From a virus (taxonomy: Duplodnaviria; Caudoviricetes), in the IMG/VR virus record IMGVR_UViG_2934390892_000001, positions 1 through 64,000 of that record: a stretch of DNA of 64,000 nt. One strand, 5' to 3'. Within the stretch, counting starts at the first letter, position 1. Each line of letters begins with the position of its first letter. Under the pieces are notes generated by a model. The model saw only the letters and a program-made list of their open reading frames with translations, searched no databases and was not told the origin of the DNA. Positions 48,424 through 56,601 of this stretch are shown piece by piece. A program made the translations under genes and the position numbers.

Positions 48424-49827
48424 GTGGCGCTCACGCAGGAACAGGCTGAAGCCACCGTCCGGACGCTCCTTGAACTGCGTAGGCCGGAGCAGGACCGTCT
48501 GCAGTGGATCGCCGCCTACGTGCGGGGCGATCACAGCAGCGTGTACGTGCCGCGTAGCGCGCGGGATGAGTACAAGTGGCTGCTGCAGCGAGCCAAGGTC
48601 AACATGTTGCGGCTGGTCGTGACGGTCGTCGCGCAGAACCTGTACGTGGACGGCTACCGGGCTACCGGGGTCGACGAGAACGCGGACCCGTGGAAGATCT
48701 GGCAGGCGAATCGGATGGACGCCCGCCAGCACGGGATTCACCGGGCGGCGCTGAAGTACGGGATCTCGTATGCGACGGTGCTGCCCGGCGAGCCGGTCCC
48801 TGTGATCACTCCGATGTCGCCGCGGCGTATGACGGCGTTCTACAGCGACCCGGTCAACGACGAGTGGCCACTGTTCGCGGTCGAGGTGACCAGCGAGAAG
48901 GCCAAGGGCGACGACGGGCGGCTGGTGACGCGGAAACTCGTCCGGCTGTACGACGAGCAGAGCACCTACCGGTTCGTGAGTGACGCTGAAGGGCGCCGCC
49001 TTGAGGCGGGCAGGGTCGACGACCACGAGATGGGCGTCTGCCCGGTGGTGCGTTACCTCAACGAGGTCGACCTGGATGAGGACGAGGCTGTTGCGGGTGA
49101 GGTCGAGCCGTTGATCCATCTCCAGGATCAGATCAACTCGACCACGTTCAACCTGCTGATGGCGCAGCAGTACGCGGCTTTCAGGCAACGCTGGGTGACC
49201 GGCATGGCGCCGGAGCTGGACTCCGAGGGCCGCCCGATCGAGCCGTTCCGGGCGGGCGTGGACAGGCTGTTCATGGCCGTGGACTCGGACACTAAGTTCG
49301 GCGAGTTCGGCGAGACCTCTCTTGAGGGCTATCTGAAGTCCCGCGAGGAGTCGATCCGTGAAATGGCGACCATTTCGCAGACGCCGCCCTACTACCTGCT
49401 CGGTCAGATGGCCAACCTGTCCGCCGAGTCGCTGGTGGCGGCCCGAGACGGCCTCGACCGCAAGGTGGAGGAACGCAAGAGCTCGTTCGGCGAGTCTCAC
49501 GAGCAGATACTGCGGCTGGCGGGCCTGGCGAGCGGCAACAAGGACGCCTGGCAGGACGAAGCGGCGCAGGTCGTGTGGCGCGACACCTCCAGCCGGGCGC
49601 TCGCCGCCACCGTGGATGCGCTCGGCAAGCTGTCGCAGATGCTCGGGGTGCCGCAGCAGGAGCTGTGGGAGAAGATCCCGGGCGTCACTCAGACGGACGT
49701 AGCCAGGTGGAAGATCACCGCTGGGCAGGCGGACGCGTTCGCTCAACTGAACCAGATGCTCGAACGGCAGATGGACCCCGCCGACGCTCGCGAGCCGGAG
49801 TTGGCGGATGGCCAGCCCGCAGGCTGA
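48424..49827 (+). CDS. Portal protein
   Basis: IWQANRMD, CPVVRY, AFRQRWVTG, NLSAESL; follows terL. Confidence 0.93.
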   Translation: MALTQEQAEATVRTLLELRRPEQDRLQWIAAYVRGDHSSVYVPRSARDEYKWLLQRAKVNMLRLVVTVVAQNLYVDGYRATGVDENADPWKIWQANRMDARQHGIHRAALKYGISYATVLPGEPVPVITPMSPRRMTAFYSDPVNDEWPLFAVEVTSEKAKGDDGRLVTRKLVRLYDEQSTYRFVSDAEGRRLEAGRVDDHEMGVCPVVRYLNEVDLDEDEAVAGEVEPLIHLQDQINSTTFNLLMAQQYAAFRQRWVTGMAPELDSEGRPIEPFRAGVDRLFMAVDSDTKFGEFGETSLEGYLKSREESIREMATISQTPPYYLLGQMANLSAESLVAARDGLDRKVEERKSSFGESHEQILRLAGLASGNKDAWQDEAAQVVWRDTSSRALAATVDALGKLSQMLGVPQQELWEKIPGVTQTDVARWKITAGQADAFAQLNQMLERQMDPADAREPELADGQPAG

Positions 49828-50545
49828 GCGCCTCGCCGAGCAGCACCGCGTCCAGCAGGTCACGCTCCGCGCTGGCGTGAGCCGCGACGTGGTTGCTCTG
49901 CTGCGGGACCTGTTCGACGTCGACAACGCTGACCGCACCTGGCCGGCCATCCGGTCGATGCTTGCGGCCATGGCCCAGCAGCAACACGGCACGTCGGCCA
50001 CGTTGGCGAACACCTACTACGGGCAGGCCCGCATCGAGGCTGGCGCGGACGGCTCGTTCCTTCCGATCACCCCGGCTGCTCTGGCCGAGGAACTGCTGAA
50101 AGTCGTGCTGGACGCGACCGGGATCGCCGCGTTCAAGCGGGCCATCTCCCTCGGTAAAACCCCTGCGGAGGCGCTGCAGATCGCTGGCGTCACCCTGTCC
50201 GGGGCGGTGTCGAGGCTGGTCTTGTCCGGCGGCCGGGACGCGATCCTCGGCAACGTGCGCGAGGACCGGCAGGCGGTCGGCTGGGCGCGGTTGACGGACG
50301 CCCACCCGTGCGCCTTCTGCGCGATGCTCGCCTCACGCGGGCCGGTCTACCGGTCCAAGCAGACGGCCAAATTCGAGGCCCACGACCACTGCGCGTGCAT
50401 GCCTGTCGCCGCCTGGTCCCGAGATGAGGCGTGGCTGCAGCACAGCCGCGACCTGTACGAGCAGTGGCAGGACGTCACTCAAGGGCACAGCGGCGCGGAT
50501 GCCCGCCGAGTCTGGCGCCGCCACTGGGACGACCGCGCAACCTGA
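49808..50545 (+). CDS. Minor head / capsid maturation (MuF-like) protein
   Basis: GWARL...CAFCAMLASRG...HDHCAC. Confidence 0.8.
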   Translation: MASPQAERLAEQHRVQQVTLRAGVSRDVVALLRDLFDVDNADRTWPAIRSMLAAMAQQQHGTSATLANTYYGQARIEAGADGSFLPITPAALAEELLKVVLDATGIAAFKRAISLGKTPAEALQIAGVTLSGAVSRLVLSGGRDAILGNVREDRQAVGWARLTDAHPCAFCAMLASRGPVYRSKQTAKFEAHDHCACMPVAAWSRDEAWLQHSRDLYEQWQDVTQGHSGADARRVWRRHWDDRAT

Positions 50546-50643
50546 TCTTCCTTTCCGGGCTGGAGCCGACATGGCGTCCGGCCCTCACGCATGCCCCCAA
50601 CCCCTGCCGACATGGCGGGCTGTCCCGACATGGGAGTTACCGA

Positions 50644-51198
50644 ATGTCCGAAGCGACACCAGAAACCGACGTCGAGCAGCTGCTTGCCGAGGTCGGTTCC
50701 ACGCCGGACCCGTCCACGTCCGATCCTCAGGCGCAGGAGCCCGACACGGGCGCCGCGTCGAAGGACTGGCAGGCCGAGGCCGCCAAATGGAAAAACCTGG
50801 CCAGAAAGCACGAGACCACGGCCAAGACCAACGCCGACGCTGCGAAGCGCCTCACCGAGATCGAGGACGCGCAGAAGAGCGAACAGCAGCGCCTCCAGGA
50901 CCGTGCCACGGCCGCCGAGCAGCGGGCCCTCCAGCTTCAGTCGGCCAACGCCCGGCTGCTGGCCGCCACAACGCACGGCATCCCGGCGGACCTGATCGAC
51001 CTGCTCGGCGACGGCGACGAGGAACTGATCAACGAGCGGGCTCGCCTGCTCGCGGAGAAGCTCGCCAGCGCAGTGCCAGCGCCAGTTCCAGCGAACCCAT
51101 CGTCGACGCGGCCTGTGGAGTCGCTCAAGCCCGGCGCCGCACCGGCGGCGAACGAGCCAAATCCGGACGCATGGATCCGGCGTCTGGCGGGCCGCTAA
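50644..51198 (+). CDS. Scaffolding protein
   Basis: WKNLARKHE...KSEQQR coiled coil directly before the capsid gene. Confidence 0.85.
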   Translation: MSEATPETDVEQLLAEVGSTPDPSTSDPQAQEPDTGAASKDWQAEAAKWKNLARKHETTAKTNADAAKRLTEIEDAQKSEQQRLQDRATAAEQRALQLQSANARLLAATTHGIPADLIDLLGDGDEELINERARLLAEKLASAVPAPVPANPSSTRPVESLKPGAAPAANEPNPDAWIRRLAGR

Positions 51199-51272
51199 CC
51201 ACCCATCTCGCAGCAACCGGATTCCTTGCACGGGGCCCGGGGCCGCTGCACACCTGAAAGTGAGGTTGCCCC

Positions 51273-52217
51273 GTGCCCTACAACTCCATCATTTCCAGGG
51301 ACTCCAGCAACGACCCGCTGGTCCCGACGCCGGTGTCGGCGCAGATCATCCAGGAGATGCCGACGCGCTCGGTGATGCTGCAGCGCGCCCGGCAGGTCCG
51401 CATGTCCACCAAGACGCAGCGGCAGCCGGTCCTCGACGTCCTGCCGACGGCCTACTTCGTCAACGGCGACACCGGGCTCAAGCAGACCAGCGCCCAGGAC
51501 TGGAAGAACGTCGAGCTCGTGGTGGAAGAGCTGGCCGTGATCGTGCCGATCCCGGAGGCGTACCTGGACGACGCCCAGGTGCCGATCTGGGATGAGGTCC
51601 GGCCGCGCATCGTGGAGGCGTTCGGCGTCGCGATCGACGCCGCCACGCTGTTCGGCGTGTCGAAGCCGTCCACCTGGGGCAACCCGATCTACCAGTCCGC
51701 TGTTGCTGCGGGCAATGTCGTCACCGCGACCACCGACCTGGCGCTGAACGTCTCGCAACTCGGCGAGATGCTGGCCAAGGACGGCTTCCCGGTGGATGCG
51801 TTCGCTTCCCGTCCTGGCCTGAACTGGAAGCTGGTCGGTCAGCGTAATGCCGATGGTCTGCCGATCTACCAGCCGGACCTGCAGGGCCGTCCTGGCGGAA
51901 CCCTGTACGGCTACCCGCTGAACGAGGTCGCCAACGGCGCCTGGAACGCCACCGAGGCGGAGCTGATTGCGGGCGACTGGTCGAAGGCCATCATCGGTCT
52001 GCGCCAGGACATCACGTTCAAGATGTTCACCGAGGGAGTCATCACCGACAACACTGGCGCCGTCCAGCTCAACCTCATGCAGCAGGACGCCGTCGCGTTG
52101 AGGGCCGTGATGCGGCTGGCTTACGCCACCGCAAACCCGATCACCGCGCTCAACGCCAACTCGGCGACTCGCTACCCGTTCGGCGTGCTCCGCGCCGCTT
52201 CGTACACCTACTCCTGA
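51273..52217 (+). CDS. Major capsid protein (HK97 fold)
   Basis: LVPTPVSAQII, ELAVIVPIPE, TLYGYP, GDWS, VALRAVMR. Confidence 0.93.
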   Translation: MPYNSIISRDSSNDPLVPTPVSAQIIQEMPTRSVMLQRARQVRMSTKTQRQPVLDVLPTAYFVNGDTGLKQTSAQDWKNVELVVEELAVIVPIPEAYLDDAQVPIWDEVRPRIVEAFGVAIDAATLFGVSKPSTWGNPIYQSAVAAGNVVTATTDLALNVSQLGEMLAKDGFPVDAFASRPGLNWKLVGQRNADGLPIYQPDLQGRPGGTLYGYPLNEVANGAWNATEAELIAGDWSKAIIGLRQDITFKMFTEGVITDNTGAVQLNLMQQDAVALRAVMRLAYATANPITALNANSATRYPFGVLRAASYTYS

Positions 52218-52225
52218 TCCCGCGC

Positions 52226-52253
52226 GCCCCGCCGGGGAGAGCCCTGGCGGGGC
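52226..52253 (+). terminator. Hairpin after the capsid gene
   Basis: gccccgccgggg-agag-ccctggcggggc. Confidence 0.5.
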
Positions 52254-52268
52254 ATCTTGGAGGCCCTC

Positions 52269-53267
52269 GTGCGTGTCCTGGCCATGCTTCACCTGTATCC
52301 GCCGACCGGGAACGCCGGCGCCGAGTGGGCGGTGCACACGCTGCTCGCCGCGCTCGTCCATGCGGGCCACGAGGTGGACGTGCTGCTCATCGAAGAGTCC
52401 GCGATCGGTGAGCCGTACACGCTGGACGGGGTGCGAGTGCACCCCAGGCGCGGCAAGGGCGACCCGTTCGAGTGGCTGCTGTCCGACCATCCGCCGCACG
52501 TGATCGTCACCCATCTGATGAACACGCCGCGGGCGACGGTGCTCGGCGAGATGTACAACATCCCGGTCGTGCACGTGCTCCACAACGACCACGACAACGA
52601 ACGCTCCTGGCTGCAGCGAGGCCCGGCGCTGGTCGTCTACAACTCCGACTGGGTGCGGGAAAGCTGTCTGTCCTGGTGGGACGACACCCGGTTGGGGCCG
52701 CCACCGAACGGTGTCGTGGTGCGCCCGCCGGTGATCCCCTCGCACTACGAAACAACCCCTGGTGACCGCGTCACGCTGATCAACATGTGCGCCAAGAAGG
52801 GCTCCGACCTGTTCTGGGAGGTCGCCCGGCGCATGCCGGACGTCCGATTCCTCGCCGTCAAGGGCGCCTACGGTCAGCAGATCATCGAGGACCTGCCCAA
52901 CGTCGACGTTCAGGCGTGCGTCCCCGGCGACCAGATGCGGGACACGGTGTACGCCCGAACCAAGATCCTGCTGGTCCCGTCCGAGTACGAATCGTGGGGG
53001 CGCGTCGCGGTCGAAGCCATGGTGTCCGGCATCCCGGTCATCGCACACCCCACGCCCGGCCTGCAGGAGTCGCTCGGCAACGCTGGGCTGTTCGCGGACC
53101 GGGACAACCCGGACGCGTGGGTGACGGAAATCCGCCGGCTCCGCAAGCTCCCTGTGTGGAAGGCCGCCTCCAAGCGGGCCAAGGTCCGCGCCGCCGAGCT
53201 CGACCCAACCCCTGACCTTCAGACGTGGGTGGAAGCTGTCGAGGCGACCGCCCGCGTGATTGCGTGA
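52269..53267 (+). CDS. GT-B (GT4) glycosyltransferase
   Basis: HLYPPTGNAGAE...PSEYESWGRVAVEAMVSGIPVIA. Confidence 0.9.
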   Translation: MRVLAMLHLYPPTGNAGAEWAVHTLLAALVHAGHEVDVLLIEESAIGEPYTLDGVRVHPRRGKGDPFEWLLSDHPPHVIVTHLMNTPRATVLGEMYNIPVVHVLHNDHDNERSWLQRGPALVVYNSDWVRESCLSWWDDTRLGPPPNGVVVRPPVIPSHYETTPGDRVTLINMCAKKGSDLFWEVARRMPDVRFLAVKGAYGQQIIEDLPNVDVQACVPGDQMRDTVYARTKILLVPSEYESWGRVAVEAMVSGIPVIAHPTPGLQESLGNAGLFADRDNPDAWVTEIRRLRKLPVWKAASKRAKVRAAELDPTPDLQTWVEAVEATARVIA

Positions 53268-53277
53268 GGAGGCAACC

Positions 53278-53907
53278 GTGACCGCTCTGGCGTGCGTCTC
53301 CGACGTGGAAACCCGTCTCGGGCGGACCTTCACAGGAGACGAAGCCGGGCGGGTAGCGGTCCTGCTCAACGATGCGTCCGCCCTGATCCAGTCCTACACG
53401 CGGCAGAGCTTCAGCCCTCCCACGTCGGACACAATCCTGCTGCGCGAGTCCGCCGGCGTGGTGCGACTGCCGAAACGGCCCGTCACCGCGGTCACGTCCG
53501 TCGTCCTGGTAGGCATCAACGGCATCCCCGACATCACCGTGGTCGGATGGGGCTGGGACGGCCTGGACGTGGTCGACGTGTCTGGCTGGGACAGCGTCAT
53601 GGTCAATCTCCCCGAAGCAGTGCAAGACCGGTCCTGGCTGCCCGCCACGTACCGGGTCACCTACACGCACGGCTACACCGCGGTTCCCGCCGGCATCGTG
53701 GCGCTGGTGTGCGCCATGGTGGGCCGCACCATGGCCGCACCGTCCGCAGTGTCCGGGGTGACGTCGGAAACGATCGGCTCCTACTCATACCGGACCGCCG
53801 AGCCGGGCATGGGCGTCACCGTGGCCCTGACCGCCGCCGACAAGGCGTTCCTGGACGACGCGGGGTACCGGCCCAAAGCGGCCACAACGCAGGTACGGCT
53901 CCGATGA
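53278..53907 (+). CDS. Head-to-tail adaptor
   Basis: LACVSDVETRLGR...VTYTHGY...SETIGSYSY. Confidence 0.8.
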   Translation: MTALACVSDVETRLGRTFTGDEAGRVAVLLNDASALIQSYTRQSFSPPTSDTILLRESAGVVRLPKRPVTAVTSVVLVGINGIPDITVVGWGWDGLDVVDVSGWDSVMVNLPEAVQDRSWLPATYRVTYTHGYTAVPAGIVALVCAMVGRTMAAPSAVSGVTSETIGSYSYRTAEPGMGVTVALTAADKAFLDDAGYRPKAATTQVRLR

Positions 53908-54242
53908 TCCCGCCCAGATTGCTGCCGCTCACCGTCACCAAGGTGCGGCCGGCGCAGACCACGGACCGGTACGGCAGCCCCGTCTACGACTACGGGGCCG
54001 CAGCCTCCCGCACGTCCATCGCGGCGTGGATCGACCAAGACTCAGCCTCCGAGGACACCCCGAACGGGCGTGACCTGATCATCGGCGGCTGGAAGCTCAT
54101 CACCAACCACACCGACCTCGACCCGCTCGACCGCATCGAATGGGCCGACAGCGTCTACGAACTCGACGGCCCCGCCTGGCCCGTCTACACCCCGGCCGGG
54201 CTTCACCACCTGGAAGCCAAGCTGCGCAGAGTGGAGGGCTGA
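53904..54242 (+). CDS. Head-to-tail stopper
   Basis: DRYG...DRIEW...YELDGP...HHLEAKLRRVEG. Confidence 0.8.
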   Translation: MIPPRLLPLTVTKVRPAQTTDRYGSPVYDYGAAASRTSIAAWIDQDSASEDTPNGRDLIIGGWKLITNHTDLDPLDRIEWADSVYELDGPAWPVYTPAGLHHLEAKLRRVEG

Positions 54243-54520
54243 TGGCGAACGTCCGCGTGATTCTCAACCGCTCCGGCATGCGGGAGATGCTCCGCTCCAA
54301 GGAAGTGGAGCGAGACCTGCTGCGCCGCGGCAAGCAGGTCGCCGCCACCGCCGAGGCGATCGGCCATCCGCCGCACGAGGGCGACGTCGACTACTACGCC
54401 GTAGCATCCAGGGGCTCGACGAGAGCGCGGTGCGTCATCGTCGCCGACCACCCTGGCGCTCTCGGCCAGGAGCAGGAGTACCGCACGCTCGGCACGGCGA
54501 TCGACGCCGCGAGGCTCTAA
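54242..54520 (+). CDS. Neck / tail completion protein
   Basis: LNRSGMREMLRS motif and synteny. Confidence 0.7.
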   Translation: MANVRVILNRSGMREMLRSKEVERDLLRRGKQVAATAEAIGHPPHEGDVDYYAVASRGSTRARCVIVADHPGALGQEQEYRTLGTAIDAARL

Positions 54521-54891
54521 TGATCTCCTATCCGGACGCCGAAGACCTGCTCATCGGCTACCTGCAGCCGATCGTCGGCGTGCCCGTCAGCATCCGCGTG
54601 CCCCGCGAGCGCCCCGCGGCCTGGCTGCAGGTCCGGCGCAGCGGCGGCGTTGACGACGTTGTCCGCGACAAGCCCCGCCTGGACGTGTTCGCGTGGGCGC
54701 ACGACGACGGAGCCACCCGCGACTTGCTGACGACAGCCCGATCCGCCATCCACGCCCTCGCTGGCACGACCCTGCTCGGGCCCGCCTGCTACGGCGTGGA
54801 GGAGTTCCTCGGCCCGACCCGGGCTGACGACCGCGAAACCGGCACACCACGCATGTGGATGACCGTGCAGCTCAGCCTGCGCACCAGCTAG
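54520..54891 (+). CDS. Tail terminator
   Basis: PDAEDLLIGYL...VRRSGG...PRLDVFAWA. Confidence 0.8.
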   Translation: MISYPDAEDLLIGYLQPIVGVPVSIRVPRERPAAWLQVRRSGGVDDVVRDKPRLDVFAWAHDDGATRDLLTTARSAIHALAGTTLLGPACYGVEEFLGPTRADDRETGTPRMWMTVQLSLRTS

Positions 54892-54959
54892 ACCCGCGCA
54901 TCCATCCCCTGATCCGGCCATCCGCGCCGGTGTTTCTGCTGCTCACCGAAGGGTTGATC

Positions 54960-55511
54960 ATGACGCTTGACGCACAGAAGGTGCGCGTTGCCGTCACAGG
55001 CGCGGTTTACGCTGGCCCGACCTCCTCCACCGCTCCCACGTCGGCCGTCTCGACCGTCCCGGCCGGGTACAACGACCTCGGCTACATCTCCGAAGACGGT
55101 GTCACTGAGGCTTATGACGAGGATGTCCAGGACATTCAGGCGTGGCAGGGCGGCGCGATCGTCCGCACGCTGATCTCTTCATCGAAGGCGTCGCTGTCCT
55201 TCACGATGATCGAGTCGAAGGCCAGCACCCTGGAGCTGTACCACAAGGGCTCCACAATGGAGGCCGTCAGCGGTGGCTACAAGATCGACGTGAAGCTGCC
55301 AAACGTCGTCCGCAAGAAGTTCATCCTCGATGTCCTGGATGGCTCCACGCATCTGCGTATCTACGTGCCGGACGGCGAGGTTACCGAACGCGGCGAGATC
55401 ACCTACGTCAACGACGAGACCATCTCGTACAACGTGACGATCACCTGCTACCCGGTCAACGACGTCGTGCTGACCAAGTTCAGCGACGACGCCTACTGGG
55501 GCTACAGCTAG
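54960..55511 (+). CDS. Major tail protein
   Basis: DLGYISEDGV, IQAWQGG, YNVTITCYP. Confidence 0.9.
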   Translation: MTLDAQKVRVAVTGAVYAGPTSSTAPTSAVSTVPAGYNDLGYISEDGVTEAYDEDVQDIQAWQGGAIVRTLISSSKASLSFTMIESKASTLELYHKGSTMEAVSGGYKIDVKLPNVVRKKFILDVLDGSTHLRIYVPDGEVTERGEITYVNDETISYNVTITCYPVNDVVLTKFSDDAYWGYS

Positions 55512-55613
55512 CCCCCGTCTTTCTAGAGCCCCGGGGTGGGCGCGAATCGCGCGGGTCCGCGCCCACCCCGGTATCACCCATGCACCCGCGCGCCATCACG
55601 AAGGACCCGCGCT

Positions 55614-55865
55614 ATGGAAGCACCTCGCGGTGCCGTCATCGAGATCGTCGAGAAGCGGCACAGCAAATCATCACCGCCCGGCGGGGACGTCATCATCCCC
55701 AACGAGATCCGCATCAACGGACAGCCGGTGTTGGCGCCGAAGGATCACCCGGTAAAAGTCCACGAAATCGCAATCCAGGGCGACGATGTCGTGCTCGTCA
55801 CGCTGACGCTGTTCGCGCGTCGAGTCCTCATCGCCCCTGAAGAGCCTGAGGAGACCCGCGCATGA
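55614..55865 (+). CDS. Hypothetical protein inserted between the major tail and chaperone genes
   Basis: AAGGA SD; ATGA overlap with the chaperone gene. Confidence 0.5.
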   Translation: MEAPRGAVIEIVEKRHSKSSPPGGDVIIPNEIRINGQPVLAPKDHPVKVHEIAIQGDDVVLVTLTLFARRVLIAPEEPEETRA

Positions 55866-56185
55866 CCACGAGAACCCCCCGCGCTGTCAAGGCGACGAAG
55901 CCGACCACGGCGTTCGACCTGGATGCCGTCGAAGCCGAGGCGGCAGGCGAACGGTTCGAGTTCATCTTCGGCGGACGTACCTACAGCCTCCCGCACCTGC
56001 ACGACATCGACCGGAGCCTGCTCAACGCCGCCGACCAGGGCGACGTGGCAGCCATGATCGAGGCGTTTCGGTCGGGCCTGGGCGACGACTACGAAGAGTT
56101 CAACCGTGCGCCGATGAAGCTGCGCTCCCTCAACGCCTTGTTCGCCGCGTGGACGGAGCACTCCGGCCTGAAGCCGGGGGAATAG
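55862..56185 (+). CDS. Tail assembly chaperone
   Basis: Position before the tape measure gene; ends in a slippery sequence. Confidence 0.8.
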   Translation: MTTRTPRAVKATKPTTAFDLDAVEAEAAGERFEFIFGGRTYSLPHLHDIDRSLLNAADQGDVAAMIEAFRSGLGDDYEEFNRAPMKLRSLNALFAAWTEHSGLKPGE

Positions 56186-56577
56186 CAGGCCTCCACGCGC
56201 TCCTAGCAGAGCACGGGGAGGCGATCGAGTGGGATCTGTCCCACTATCACCATCGCGAACTCGGAGAGCTGTTCACCGGCACGCTGACGTGGCGCAAACT
56301 CCGCAGCTTCCTGTCCCACCTGCCGCGAGAGTCGGCGCTGGCCCGGAAGTTGCTCGGCGAGGACGCTCCGTGGGGCCTGAATGAGCAGCTCCTGGCGATG
56401 ACCATCGACGTGCTGCGGCAAGGCAACTGGCAGCGCGGCGGCGGCAAGGGCGCCAAACCCAAGCCCCTGCCGAGGCCTGGCGCGCCCAGGGGTTCGGAGA
56501 CGCGGCACGGACGCACCGACCGCGACCCCGATCAGGTCATCGCCTATCTGGACCGGTTCCGACCGCAATCCGCCTGA
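56176..56577 (+). CDS. Tail assembly chaperone -1 frameshift extension
   Basis: GGGGGAA at 56176-56182 just before TAG; the -1 frame is open to 56577. Confidence 0.75.
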   Translation, partial: GGIAGLHALLAEHGEAIEWDLSHYHHRELGELFTGTLTWRKLRSFLSHLPRESALARKLLGEDAPWGLNEQLLAMTIDVLRQGNWQRGGGKGAKPKPLPRPGAPRGSETRHGRTDRDPDQVIAYLDRFRPQSA

Positions 56578-56601
56578 CTCAACCACGCTCGGGGGTGAGG
56601 C

